Origin: Dicyema japonicum
Lineage: Eukaryota > Animalia > Dicyemida
DNA length: 64,000 nt
NCBI GenBank assembly: GCA_011109175.1
Contig: RDEW01000002.1
Coordinates: 2,210,997 to 2,274,996 of the forward strand
Direction of reading: 5' to 3'
Below, one piece after another: positions 63,327 through 64,000 of the stretch (positions are counted from its first letter, which is position 1; each line of letters opens with the position of its first letter). A program made the translations under genes and the position numbers. The notes below the pieces were generated by a model. That model saw only the letters and a program-made list of their open reading frames with translations. It was not told the DNA's origin and made no database searches.

Positions 63327-64000
63327 TTCCCCAATACGGCTACTCGCGTATTAATAATTAATTTCGACGTAAAATGCGTCGAATTGCGGAATTTGCTAGT
63401 TTATACAGATTTTTACTATTTTTGGAAGATTTTATTTCGCCGCATTTCGATCATTCGGAGGAAGTAAAAAATTCGGATGTGCTAGAAAAAGACAAAATTC
63501 CGGTGGTTTCCAGTTCGAATCCCCATCTCTCCATTCCGGTTGAAGGTTCCACCCGGTTCCTTGTTTGATGAGTGACACCGTCATCATTGGTTCCTTATCG
63601 CGGACTCGGGTTGGCATAGTAACCCTCAAGCAAGCAAAAAAAGTTAAGAACATACCTTGGAGCAGTAGAGAGATTTGAGACAGTCGATAGAAACCATCCG
63701 TAGTTGCAAGCAGTGACACGTGCGATGAATAGTTAGATAATTTCAAAGGTTTTAATATTCACTAGTTTACTGGTTAATACGCATTATAAAATATCATGAG
63801 TTCAGTGGAGGATCTCTGGAGGGAAATGATTTGGCGACCTTTTCTTAATGTTCGCAGCCTCCCACGTGTTAGCGAAGCTTTGGTTAACAATTTAAGTTAA
63901 ATAAGTTGAAGTTATGATTTATTATTTGAGGAAGCAACATAAGTATCTGAGGAAGTAAAGCGCCGAGATAATCAAAAAGGTATATCGACTAATCCCTTAG

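Noticed and set aside
63374-63746. Gene divergent from the 159-aa ORF
   Set aside because: Short overlapping ORFs on both strands, and no consistent spliced model could be built.

Overview
AT-rich eukaryotic DNA, mostly decayed and nested transposable elements. Non-LTR retrotransposons: at least 17 CRE-clade fragments, plus Ingi/I-group, Jockey-like, RTE, R4/NeSL-like and Penelope-like remnants. DNA transposons: Tigger/pogo, Buster-type and CGGBP1-like hATs, MITEs and a Helitron/PIF1 remnant. A tRNA-derived SINE family is also present. Host genes read by hand: (1) two head-to-head inverted copies (20204-22544 minus; 45766-48106 plus) of a type I membrane receptor with four C-type lectin domains, split by 19 GT-AG introns almost all 22-30 nt long. 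Each copy carries its own frameshifts, and both share one phase break in domain 1. (2) A decayed RIO1 kinase gene that keeps tiny introns (about 32130-33213 minus). Tiny introns together with a metazoan-type lectin receptor suggest a compact-intron animal parasite such as a dicyemid; this is inference only. Main highlights: the lectin pair is near-identical only between start and stop codons, which looks like gene conversion; a young Ingi-like LINE carries a 2A/StopGo peptide ahead of its endonuclease and a SINE fragment flanked by a ~260-bp duplication; and a 799-bp TSD-flanked retroposed unit has unknown repeat content. All alignments and translations were done by eye, so boundaries of decayed elements are approximate.
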